Assembly (NCBI RefSeq): GCF_035084215.1
Contig: NC_090346.1
Coordinates: 16,554,001 to 16,618,000, forward strand
DNA: 64,000 bases
DNA from: Heptranchias perlo
Taxonomy: Eukaryota
Reading direction: 5' to 3'
This document shows, piece by piece, positions 24,037-35,596 of the stretch; position 1 is the stretch's first letter; every line of letters starts with the position of its first letter. A program made the translations under genes and the position numbers. The notes beneath the pieces were generated by a model. It was not told where the DNA came from, did no database searches, and saw nothing but the letters and a program-made list of their open reading frames with translations.

Positions 24037-24128
24037 TCAGCGCCCGCTCGGTCCGGTCAGCGCCCGCTCGGTCCGGTCAGCGCCCGCTCGGTCCGGTCAG
24101 CGCCCGCTCGGTCCGGTCAGCGCCCGCC
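24037..24128. repeat. Short GC-rich tandem repeat (gtcagcgcccgctcggtccg), ~4.5 copies
   Basis: direct reading. Confidence 0.92.
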
Positions 24129-24365
24129 CGCCCGGGCCGGTCAACGCCCAGGACACCCCACAAGGCCATGGTAGAAACTTGGATTCAAAGCCGGGGCTCA
24201 GTGTATCCAGGCCCCCTTTCCCCCCTGCCCCCCATCCACCAGCTTCCGCCCCACCTCCCGGTCTCCCCCAGCCCCCCTCCCCCACCAGCCGCCCCCCCCC
24301 CTCCCAGGTTAGAATCGGGGCTCACAATCCTCGTTATAAGCGGAGAGGTGGGAGGTGTAACTTAC

Positions 24366-24690
24366 CAGTTTGAAGCCGACCAGTTTGGCTCGGTTCTGCG
24401 TGTTGATGCTCCCAAAGGACTGGGTTTTGATCGTCCCATTGACTCGGTGCCGTCTCTTGGTGATGAGGTCAGACACGATGCTGTACTCCTGGTCCATCAG
24501 CTCGATATGCAGCAACGGAATGTTCCTGAAGAGTGCGTCATTTTGACCTTCCGAGGGGCTTCCCCGGATGGGCTGGCTCTGATCTCGCGCCCGGCTGCTG
24601 TTGGGCCCATTAGTGAATTGGTACAGCTCTCTGATGGCGGTTTGAGTCTCCTGGTCTAATTTCTTGAGGAGGTGTCTTGTTGCATTGTAT
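24366..24690 (-). CDS. SCNN1G: ENaC gamma coding exon 2 (finger/GRIP region)
   Basis: acceptor ctcacag, YNATRHLLKKLD...LVGFKL, donor gtaagt; 325 nt, phase consistent. Confidence 0.93.
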
Positions 24691-26434
24691 CTGTGAGCAG
24701 ACATGAGTAAACCCAGGGCCAATAGGAATTACTAGACCAATAATGACCAAGGTCCATCTAGTTCACCTTCTACCACCCTGGAAATCGCTGATACAACGAT
24801 AATGGAGATGTTGACTAATCAGAGCAATCAATTTCCATCGATTAGTCTCCAACAGACCCAGATATGAGGCAAGGAAACTCCCAGTGGTGGAGAGCTTTGG
24901 GAACCATAGGTCTAAGATCACCTGTTCCTCCCGAGCCTGTCACACTCACCACATGTCACATCTCAAATTACCCCTATAGTGTATCCCAAAATATAATTTT
25001 CTGAAAGAAATTGATCTAATTTGCAATTGGATGAATCAGCACTAACTGTTCCCACCCTCTGCCCAGGGAGCCTGGTCCATGGACTGGTCACTCACCCACT
25101 CAAATACTGATTCTTTAATTTGTTCTCGGGATGTGGGCATCGCTGGCAAGGCTGGCATTTATTGCCCATCCTCAGTTGCCCCGAGAAGGTGGTGATGAAT
25201 TTACCCCTGTTCAAGCACAGGCCGTGTGCTCTGGTTCTACTGTTCTGGACAAGGTGAAACAATGAATTATTCATCATCTGGGTGAACACTGGTTTGTGCT
25301 GCTTATATTATTATTTAAGTGTAAACTGAGCTGTCTCAGAGAGGACCACACTTGCAGGGAGTGTAGGTCGGAGAATTCTTGGGCCCTGGGCAACGAGAAC
25401 ATTCCGAATCCCTCCTCATCCCCCGCACGACCCCCCCCACACACATCCCCCCATCCCCCGCCCCGACACAACCCCTCCCCATCCCCCACACAACCCCTTC
25501 TCCCGATCCATTAAAACAAACATGTAATCAAATGCACGAAGAAACAGGCTGGTAGAATGTTTACACACTATTAATAATCATGTTTTACAATATACCACTC
25601 TTAAAGAGAACTGCCACCTGAGCAGGGGCCCTGTATTTGGCCGGGGCCCCGAGTTTTGTCCCCCTATCTTTGACCCAAGGGTTAAAGTAAGGTTTGTCTG
25701 GAGGCCTAAGGATGTTACTGGAGGGGGTAATATAAAGGATAAAGAGGGAAATAAATCAAATACATTGGAAAAACAATGGAACATTTCAGTAAGGAAAAGC
25801 AAGACTGAGCAGTTTCAGTAACAATAGCCACTCGATTGACGCTTCACAGCAGGAAAGATATAAAGGAATGGATACCAAACCATGGTGGGAGAGGGAGAAG
25901 CCAGGTGAAGGGTCAAGGTTCACAGGGCAGGACACCATCAGGGTTGTAGAGCGAGAGAGCAGGGGAGTTAAATGGAGAAATAGCAGGTCTTGGGGTTTAA
26001 ATGCTTGCAGATTGTAAGAGGAAAGGAAAAGTGAGGGAGGTGAGGAGTTCGATAGTTCCAAGGTGCTGGGAAAGATTGTGTTAGAGTCAGAGACGCGCGA
26101 TGAGCCTTAAGTTCCGGCACAGGCACGATGGGACGAATGGCCTCCTTCTGTGCTGTATCATTCCACGAAGTTCAACTCAGCGAGGATGCTGGGAGGAGGA
26201 TGGGTGTGTAGGGCAGGGTATTTGGAGCGTGGGAGGGGAACAAAAGAACTCAGACGAACACTGAATCATTGTAGTATCAAGAAGATAGAAAAAGACTGTA
26301 ATAGTTGTGGGAAATGAGATAGAGGGTGGAGGCTGGGAGTGAGAGAAAGATCTCCAAACAGACGTCAAGCTGTTTCTTGTCCGGGGGGGGAGAGAGGAAC
26401 CTCCCCAGATACGGGAGCAGGATTGCAGTCGTGT

Positions 26435-26880
26435 GTCAGCCGTGGCTCACTGGTATCACTCTTGCCTCTGAGTCAGAAGGTCGTGGGTTCAAGCCCCACT
26501 CCAAAGACTTGAGGCCATAATGCAGGCTGACACTCCCAGTGCAGTACTGAGGGAGTGCTGCACTGTCAGAGGTGCCGTCTTTCGGGTGAGACGTTATACC
26601 GAGGCCCCATCAGCCCTCTCAGTTGGATGTAAAAGACCCTATAGCACTATTTGAAGAAGAGCAGGGGAGGTGTCCAGGCAAATATTTACCCCTAACCAAC
26701 ATCAATAAAAAACAAGTCATTATCTCATTGCTGTTTGTGGGATCTTGCTGTGTGCAAATTGGCTGCCGAGTTTCCAACATTACAATAGTGACTAACTTCA
26801 AAAAGGTACTTCATTGGCTGTAGAAGTGCGTTGGGAACATCCTGAGGTTGTAAAAGTGTGATACAAATGCAAGTTCTTTC
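26435..26880 (+). mobile_element. DeuSINE-type SINE, full length
   Basis: A box tggctcactgg, B box ggttcaagccc, core ggtgccgtctttcgggtgagacgtt, tail aaatgcaagttctttc. Confidence 0.78.
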
Positions 26881-26904
26881 CTTTGGACAGAGCCTGGACT
26901 TCGC

Positions 26905-27848
26905 TGAGAGCGTAGAGTCAGTGAGAGACCGCAGACTCCGAGAGTGTAGAGTCAGTGAGAGACCGCAGACTCCGAGAGTGTAGAGTCAGTGAGAGACCGC
27001 AGACTCCGAGAGTGTAGAGTTAGTGAGAGACCGCAGACTCCGAGAGTGTAGAGTCAGTGAGAGACCGCAGACTCCGAGAGTGTAGAGTCAGTGAGAGACC
27101 GCAGACTCCGAGAGTGTAGAGTCAGTGAGAGACGGCAGACTCCGAGAGTGTAGAGTCAGTGAGAGACCGCAGACTCCGAGAGTGTAGAGTTAGTGAGAGA
27201 CGGCAGACTCCGAGAGCGTAGAGTCAGTGAGAGACCGCAGACTCCGAGAGTGTAGAGTTAGTGAGAGACGGCAGACTCCGAGAGTGTAGAGTCAGTGAGA
27301 GACCGCAGACTCTGAGAGTGTAGAGTTAGTGAGAGACCGCAGACTCTGAGAGTGTAGAGTCAGTGAGAGACCGCAGACTCTGAGAGTGTAGGGTTAGTGA
27401 GAGACCGCAGACTCCGAGAGTGTAGAGTTAGTGAGAGACGGCAGACTCCGAGAGTGTAGAGTCAGTGAGAGACCGCAGACTCTGAGAGTGTACAGTCAGT
27501 GAGAGACCGCAGACTCCGAGAGTGTAGAGTTAGTGAGAGGCCGCAGACTCCGAGAGTGTAGAGTCAGTGAGAGACCGCAGACTCCGAGAGCGTAGAGTCA
27601 GTGAGAGACCGCAGACTCCGAGAGCGCAGAGTCAGTGAGAGACGGCAGACTCCGAGAGCGTAGAGTCAGTGAGAGACGGCAGACTCCGAGAGCGTAGAGT
27701 CAGTGAGAGACCGCAGACTCCGAGAGTGTAGAGTCAGTGAGAGACCGCAGACTCCGAGAGTGTAGAGTCAGTGAGAGACCGCAGACTCCGAGAGCGTAGA
27801 GTCAGTGAGAGACCGCAGACTCCGAGAGCGTAGAGTCAGTGAGAGACT
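26905..27848. repeat. 34-bp minisatellite (gagagtgtagagtcagtgagagaccgcagactcc)
   Basis: direct reading. Confidence 0.97.
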
Positions 27849-28918
27849 GAGAGTTGCAGACACTGAGTGTAGGGTTCGGGAGAGACTGAGAGTTGCAGAC
27901 ACTGAGTGTAGGGTTCGGGAGAGACTGAGAGTTGCAGACACTGAGTGTAGGGTTCGGGAGAGACTGAGAGTTGCAGACACTGAGTGTAGGGTTCGGGAGA
28001 GACTGAGAGTTGCAGACACTGAGTGTAGGGTTCGGGAGAGACTGAGAGTTGCAGACACTGAGTGTAGGGTTCGGGAGAGACTGAGAGTTGCAGACACTGA
28101 GTGTAGGGTTCGGGAGAGACTGAGAGTTGCAGACACTGAGTGTAGGGTTCGGGAGAGACTGAGAGTTGCAGACACTGAGTGTAGGGTTCGGGAGAGACTG
28201 AGAGTTGCAGACACTGAGTGTAGGGTTCGGGAGAGACTGAGAGTTGCAGACACTGAGTGTAGGGTTCGGGAGAGACTGAGAGTTGCAGACACTGAGTGTA
28301 GGGTTCGGGAGAGACTGAGAGTTGCAGACACTGAGTGTAGGGTTCGGGAGAGACTGAGAGTTGCAGAAACTGAGTGTAGGGTTCGGGAGAGACTGAGAGT
28401 TGCAGACACTGAGTGTAGGGTTCGGGAGAGACTGAGAGTTGCAGACACTGAGTGTAGGGTTCGGGAGAGACTGAGAGTTGCAGATACTGAGTGTAGGGTT
28501 CGGGAGAGACTGAGAGTTGCAGGCACTGAGTGTAGGGTTCGGGAGAGACTGAGAGTTGCAGACACTGAGTGTAGGGTTCGGGAGAGACTGAGAGTTGCAG
28601 ACACTGAGTGTAGGGTTCGGGAGAGACTGAGAGTTGCAGATACTGAGTGTAGGGTTCGGGAGAGACTGAGAGTTGCAGACACTGAGTGTAGGGTTCGGGA
28701 GAGACTGAGAGTTGCAGACACTGAGTGTAGGGTTCGGGAGAGACTGAGAGTTGCAGACACTGAGTGTAGGGTTCGGGAGAGACTGAGAGTTGCAGACACT
28801 GAGTGTAGGGTTCGGGAGAGACTGAGAGTTGCAGACACTGAGTGTAGGGTTCGGGAGAGACTGAGAGTTGCAGACACTGAGTGTAGGGTTCGTGAGAGAC
28901 TGAGAGTTGCAGACACTG
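27841..28918. repeat. 39-bp minisatellite (gagagactgagagttgcagacactgagtgtagggttcgg), ~27 copies
   Basis: 13-aa periodic ORFs on both strands. Confidence 0.97.
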
Positions 28919-28920
28919 AC

Positions 28921-29240
28921 CTATATGGGTTCATGTTGCAGATGGTGATGGCGGGGAAGGTGATCTCCTGGAACTGGACGATGATGGTGACTGAGGCGGT
29001 GTAGTAGGAGGCGATGAGGAGGGCACACTGCCAGAAAATGATGGCCACTGTGCTGAAGGTCAGGATTGCCCAGGCAGCCCGGCGCAGTCGACCTTTCGAC
29101 ACCACAATCCTGCGGCAGCCGTGGGTGTTGGTATGGTAGCAATACCATCGCAGCAGCTCGTAGGCACTGGCTGCTTGAGGGCCTGTCACTGGCAGCCTCT
29201 CCTTGATCTTCTCCTTCAGTCGCTTTGTCCCCGATTCCAT
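28921..29240 (-). CDS. SCNN1G: ENaC gamma subunit, coding exon 1 (N-terminus, HG motif, TM1)
   Basis: ATG at 29240; MESGTKRLKEKIKERLPVTGPQ...WYCYHTNTHGCRRIVVSKGRLRR...FPAITICNMNPY matches the gamma-ENaC N-terminus; donor AG|gtcagt at 28920. Confidence 0.96.
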
Positions 29241-29719
29241 GATCTCTGCAATGGGACCTTGCACAGAAAGAGGTTTCCACAGTAAACTATACGGGAAGGT
29301 CGAGAACCAAGACCCACACCCCCTGCCCCCCTCTCCACCCACCTCACACCCTATCACAGTTTAAAAAGTTGTGAGACAATTTTATTCTAAACTTTTCGGG
29401 GTTCGTCATTAAAAAATCCCACAATGAGAATCTTCAGTTCAAACCATTAAGCTCCAGTGTCACATCGAAACAGGCCACACACACCTCACCTATCAATCAA
29501 ACCCATTAAACTCGAGTTTAAAAAGTTCAGTGGTGGAGGGAGAGGAAAGTTTCAGTCAAACACTGGTTATATAATTTATTAAAACTTTTTCACCAACACC
29601 CCAGTGAGATTTGGTTCAGTTTATCAATTTAACTGCACTCCCTGTGAAAGTTCCCTCTCAATATTATTAAATTACTTTCTAACTGGAGACAATTCACATT
29701 AAAAAAAAGTTGAACAGAC

Positions 29720-30005
29720 CTGTTTAGGGAGTGAGGGACACGGAGCTGCAGTTTAACCAAGCGATTCCTGGAAACTGGGATGGCAGAGACCTGGAGTTCA
29801 GTGTCTGGCAGTGAGACTGGATCCGACTCCCAGCTCCGGCCCCCGCCCGAGGTGAAGGGGCTGTTCCAGGGCTCTCAGTGACACCTTCTGGTACAGCTCC
29901 TGATCAACCACCTGACAGCCCCTTTTATATATTATACAAAAAGTACTGGGCCATACGACCCAGGGAAATCGAGAAAGTGAAGAAAGCTGGGAGACCAAAC
30001 CAATC
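29720..30005 (-). promoter_or_regulatory. Candidate SCNN1G core promoter and non-coding first exon
   Basis: minus-strand TATAAAA at 29929-29923, CCAAT at 30000-30004, GC-box-like ccccgccc near 29840, candidate donor CAG|gtctgt at 29720/29719, acceptor ctttctgtgcaag at 29258 just upstream of the ATG. Confidence 0.5.
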
Positions 30006-30339
30006 ACTAGTTAAAGAAACTGAATAAATGAGAAAATAACAAAATATAAATCATTATACAACAGATTTTTCAGGGTATGGGTAATACTTGCAAGGCCAGC
30101 ATTTTTTGCCTGTCCCGAGTTGCTACTAATGATTAATTTTACAACTGAGGGACCTGCTTCACCACCTGAGGGGATATTAAGGGGTAGAAATTGGTATGAT
30201 TTGTACCCATTTGTTTGGGTGTATAACAGGCACAAAGTGCACTAATATATCAGTTGGACAGGCTACACCCAAACTGCACAGGTGCTGGTCCACTGCTAAA
30301 TTCATGGGGCCCATTTTTTAGGTGTCCCAGGTAATCATG

Positions 30340-30918
30340 TTGGGCTGGGTATGGAACGCACTATACCTGGTGTGAGACACACCACGCCTGGTGTGAGACA
30401 CACCACGCCTGGTGTGAGACACACTATACCTGTTGTGAGACACACTGGGTTGGATGTGAGACATACGGTGCCTGGTGTGAAACGCACAGGGCTGGGTGTG
30501 AAACATACTACGCCTGGTTTGAGACACACTACGCCTGGTGTGAGGTACACTACACCTGGTGTGAAACACACTACACCTGGTGTGACACACTGCGCCTGGT
30601 GTGAATCACAATGGGCTGGATGTGAAACATTCTGCGCCTGGTATGAAACACACTACATCTGGTGTGAGACACACTGTGCTGGGTGTGAAACATTCTACGT
30701 CTGGTGTGAAACACACTGCGCCTGGTGTGACGCACACTGCGCCTGGTGTGACGCACACTGCGCCTGGTGTGACGCACACTGCGCCTGGTGTGACGCACAC
30801 TGCGCCTGGTGTGAGGCACACTATGTCTGGTGTGAGGCACATTACATCTGGTAAGAGACACACTACGTCTGGTGTGAGACACACTGCGCCTGGTGAGAGC
30901 ACACTGGGCTGGGTGTGT
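30340..30918. repeat. ~21-bp degenerate minisatellite (gcctggtgtgagacacactac)
   Basis: direct reading; lies just upstream of the candidate SCNN1G promoter. Confidence 0.9.
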
Positions 30919-31470
30919 CAGCATTTACCATCAGAATGGGGCCCACCTGCACTGGGACACCTCCTCCTCCGCTCTGGGTTAGGTGGTTGCCTAAAGATAA
31001 CTCTGAGTGACAGGACACCACAGGTGGTACAGGAGCCATCCTGACATTAAACGTACGGCACAGAACCACTGTGGTGAGCGAACCCTTCCATACTGCATTT
31101 AAAAAAAATTTAAATCATAAAATGTATGACCGAACCTGCCATGGGTTATATTAATATACCGCACAAAACTAGTAATATACATTTAACAACACAGTAACAG
31201 TGGGAATGATGATCTTATCCCAATAAACCCATGAGGTGGGAATGGTTAATGTTACGTGCATCCTTCCCTTGATGTGAGTACAGCCCACAGGAGTGTGAAC
31301 TGAACAAGACTGCCGTGTTTCACAAACCAATGCTGTACTGCCACCTAGCCATTGACTGTTAGCTACACTCCTGGGACAGACTTTCACCGGAGGAGCTGAG
31401 CACTCACAACACCCAGTACGGCCTGCAGTGCAGCCTGTCTCCAATGGATGTTAGTGCCTGGGTTATTACA

Positions 31471-31649
31471 TGATGTGGAGATGCCGGTGATGGACTGGGG
31501 TTGACAATTGTAAACAATTTTACAACACCAAGTTATAGTCCAGCAATTTTATTTTAAATTCACAAGCTTTCGGAGATTTCCTCCTTCCTAAACATTTGCC
31601 TGAGGAAGGAGGAAATCTCCGAAAGCTTGTGAATTTAAAATAAAATTGT
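31471..31649 (-). mobile_element. PLE-derived fold-back mini-element with hammerhead-like motif
   Basis: antisense PLE tail followed by a sense copy; motif at 31594-31634; 12-bp TSD tgggttattaca at 31459-31470 and 31650-31661. Confidence 0.85.
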
Positions 31650-32152
31650 TGGGTTATTACACACAGCTGAGGCAGAGGGAAGGTTCCCTTCTCCATCTGC
31701 TGGATCAAATGCAGACTTCCAGCCCTGCGGTTTGCCCTGTTTGAATTCTGTGAGTCAGGACGCTTGGAAAGGGCTGTTTTTAACGCACTGATTGGTGAAT
31801 AAATCCTAAAACCAGAACACCCAGATCTGTTAGCTTGAGACAGATTAATAGGAACACGGATTCAATTGTAGTGGGGGAATTTTCCGATCTCATGAGCTTC
31901 TGAGATTGCAAATCAGAAATTCAGAAATTGTGGGCAGGGTGTCCCTGAATTTCTGATCTTCGCCACTTGATGGATGAGGCTCCCTCCCGGAAACACAGAC
32001 TTGGACAATTAATTACCCCTTATCCGCAGCCCGTGGCTTCATGTTACGCACCTAAACGGCCCACGAAGATAATAAGCTCAGACCCTCCTGAGCTGAGGAA
32101 CTCAACGAAGCAGTGACCTGTGTCCTGTTGGGGGGAGATGGAGGGGCAGGAG

Positions 32153-32642
32153 TAGGGTTGCCAACTCTGGTTGGATGTATTCCTGGAGGTTTCATCACAT
32201 GACCTCCTGCCTCCAACCGGACAACCAGCCATTTCTCCCCATCTCCAATATTCTTATAACTAAGATGTGGAGATGCCGGTGATGGACTGGGGTGGACAAA
32301 TGTAAGGAGTCGCACAACACCAGGTTATAGTCCAACAGCTTTATTTGAAATCACAAGCTTTCGGAGCCTTGCTCCTTCGTCAGGTGAAGACTTCACCTGA
32401 AGACTTCACCTGACGAAGGAGGAAAGCTCCGAAAGCTTGTGATTTCAAATAAAGCTGTTGGACTATAAGCTGGTGTTATGCGACTCCTTACATTCTTATA
32501 ACTAATAAACAAAAGTACTCAAAGAAAATGAAAATGTTAATGCCCCTATGATTTTTCTCCCGGTTTGCTCACAGCCGTGTCCTGGAGATTAACCTTTATT
32601 TCCTGGAGACTCCAGGACAATCCTGGAGGGTTGGTCACCCTA
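32153..32642. mobile_element. Non-autonomous DNA transposon (MITE-like) hosting the PLE mini-element
   Basis: terminal inverted repeats tagggttgccaac / gttggtcacccta; internal tcctggag repeats. Confidence 0.6.
32264..32491 (-). mobile_element. PLE-derived fold-back mini-element with two opposed hammerhead-like motifs
   Basis: motifs at 32351-32387 (-) and 32406-32442 (+); 14-bp TSD attcttataactaa at 32250-32263 and 32492-32505. Confidence 0.87.
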
Positions 32643-33091
32643 GGAAGGAGAGACAATGGGGGTGGGAGGGGGCAGGTCTTGATTCTCTGGCTTACCAGGG
32701 ATCAATGAGAGTTTGTGCCGGATCTGATTTTATCTCATATATCGCCGTTCCTTCAACGTCGCTGGCTCATTATCCTGGAATTCCGGACCTAACAGCACTG
32801 TGGGAGAACCTTCACCACACGGACTGCAGCGGTTCAAGAAGGCGGCTCACCACCACCTTCAGTTGTTTGACATGAGAATTAACAAATATCCAGTTTCTAG
32901 TAATCACTTTTCAGGATTAAAACTAATCTTCTATTATACTGTCACCCCTACTTTGGAGTGACCGATATTAAACCCAAACTAGGGTTTATAGACTACAATT
33001 GTACATTTAATTACAATTAAATAGGGCTACGAAGCCCAATAGTTTGGCAAATACTGTAAGTACAATATAAAACATATATACATCAAAAAGA

Positions 33092-33340
33092 ACATAAGAA
33101 CATAAGAAATTGGAGCAGGAGTAGGCCAATCGGCCCCTCGAGCCTGCTCCGCCATTCACTAAGATCATGGCTGATCTGATCCTAACCTCAAATCTAAAGA
33201 ACACAAGTAGGAACAGGACCCGGCCAGTTCGGATCGGTCAAGGCCCTGTGGGTGGCCCGCTCCGCCACCCACAGGGCCTTGACCGATCCGAACTCAGCTT
33301 CATGTCCAATTTCCTGCCCGCTCCCTGTAACCCCTCCCTT
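33092..33340 (-). mobile_element. CR1 3'-end variant carrying a perfect 31-bp hairpin
   Basis: collinear with 7310-7435 except for a ~100-nt extra segment at 33199-33298. Confidence 0.75.
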
Positions 33341-33566
33341 TATCAGAATTCCTTCTGCAGAAATGTAACAGTATTTTTCATTTTTAAAGATGAAGTTCTG
33401 GTAACCAGCATGGTGAGTTCAATAAGTTTTGACCCCACATGCCACTTTCAGCATCGGTGTAACATACTGTATTGAATTATCTCCCTCGCAAAGGAGTTAA
33501 AGGTAAATCTTCGGCCTGGCCAGTCACCAGAAGCAGCAACGACTCCAATACTGTTTCAGAGACCTC

Positions 33567-34125
33567 ATAGAATCATAGAAAATTGATGGCACAGAAGGAG
33601 GCCATTTGGCCCATCCTGTCTGCGCCGGATGAAAATGAGCCACCCAGCCTAATCCCACTTCCCAGCACTTGGTCCGTAGCCCTGTAGGTCACAGCACTTC
33701 AGGTGCACATCCAGGTACTTTTTAAATGCAATAAGGGTTTCTGCCTCTACCACCCTTTCAGGCAGTGAGTTCCAGACCCCCACCACCCTCTGGGTGAAAA
33801 TATTTCTCCTCAGCTCCTCTCTAATCCTTCGACCAATAACTTTAAATCTTTGCCCCCTGGTTATTGACCTCTCTGCTAAGGGAAATAGGTCCTTACTATC
33901 CACTCTATCTAGGTGCCTCATAATTTTGTACACCTCAATTAAATCTTCCCTCAGCTTCCTTTGTTCCAAAGAAAACAACCCTAGCCTATCCAATCTTTTC
34001 TCATAGCTAAAATTCTCCAGCCCTGGCAACATTCTCGTAAATCTCCTCTGCATCCTCTCTAGTGCAATTATATCCTTCCTGTAATGTGGTGACCAGAACT
34101 GTACACAGTACTCAAGCTGTGGCTT
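33567..34125 (-). mobile_element. CR1 3' fragment
   Basis: QRRFTRMLPGLENFSYEKRLDRLGLFSLE...QGYGPSAGKWD; tail catagaatcataga. Confidence 0.88.
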
Positions 34126-35596
34126 TGAGCTTGTTTTAATTCTTTTGTTCTTTCCTAGTCGGGTTATGAGACAAATTTATTACTATCATAGAATCATACA
34201 GCACAGAAGGAGGCCATTCGGCCCATCGTGCCTATGCCGGCTCTTTGAAAAACCTATCCAATTAGTCCCACTCCCCTGATCTTTCCCTATAGCCCTGCAA
34301 ATTTCTCAACTACAATTAACATTGCAACTATAAAAATAACTGGATAATTATATTGATGCAACCATGGATCTCGACAGGATTCATACTCCCACAGCACAAA
34401 CATGCGCTCTTGTCTGCAAAGACTTGCTACATTTTTAAGCTTCCAGATAAGCAAGTCTGTTGGCTACGGTATAACCAGGCATTCACAATTGGTCCAGTAA
34501 CAAGAAACCACTGCTATTTCAAGTAATTTGGCCATTGGCAATTTAAATCAGTGAACCAATCTCACTTAGGATCAAACAAAATCGAAAAATGAAACAAAGC
34601 AATTCAAAATGTTTTACAATGTGCACTATGCTTGTCCTGGGTGAGATTGATGCTGACATTACATTCACAAGTACAAATAAATTCCTACCTCTCCTCACAC
34701 TGACTTGGTTTTTGAGCCACAAACTTCACCCAAAACACACAACCAAATAACATTTAAAAAGTCGAATGCACCACTTTGCAGGTTGCTGCTGAGTACTCAG
34801 GGTGAGTTTTGCCTGGGGCTGTATTATGTGGGTTCTTGTGGTCAGTTTTTACTGTAACACCCCTGATACAATCACTGTGTTGGATGAAATGTCACGTTCA
34901 CGGCTGGGTATTGGGAGGTGCTCACTATCACTCTGGGATAACATGCAGGGCACAGCTGATGTGGGTGACTAAGAATTGGCACCAATATCGGTTACCTGTT
35001 TTCACCAATATTCCTGTATCACAGTTACATCAAAACCACCGCCCTGCTACTGGGTTAACTTTCTCCTGTTTTTTCTGAGGCAAATGTAAGAATAACAACA
35101 ACTACTTGCATTTATATAGCGCCTTTAATGTAGTAAGATGTCCCAAGGTACTTCACAGGAGCATAATCAAACAAAATTTGATACCGAGCCACATAAGGAG
35201 GTATTAGGACAGGTGGAGGAGGAGGAGAGAGAGGTAGAGAGGTGGAGAGGTTTACAGAGGGAATTCCAGAGCTTAGGGCCTAGGCGGCTGAAGGCATGGC
35301 CGCCAATGGTGGAGCGATTAAAATTGGGAATGTGCAAGAGGCAAGAATTGGAGGAGTGCAGAGTTCTCCCTCAGTGTTGCACTGAGAGTGTCACAATAAC
35401 TTAAAAGCCTGAGTCCTGGAATAGGGCTTGAACTCACAACTTTGAGTCACAAAAACAAATCATAAGTTTTACAAGTTTATCAAGCGATGATTTCCAGGAG
35501 GTTGCTAGCAGATAATACAAGTAAATGTCTCAGTGCATCTATTCTCTTTTTGTCGTTGTTACCCTATTTGATCCTGAGATGAGCTGCTGACCACAT

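Noticed and set aside
26440-26510. tRNA-like A and B boxes
   Set aside because: Head of a SINE continuing into core and tail; not a tRNA gene
27805-29004. 399-aa plus-strand ORF (RVRERLRVADTEC)n
   Set aside because: Translation of the 39-bp satellite antisense to SCNN1G; no ATG start or gene context
31813-31827. Steroid response element-like AGAACAcccAGATCT upstream of SCNN1G
   Set aside because: Two mismatches in one half-site; expected by chance without conservation data
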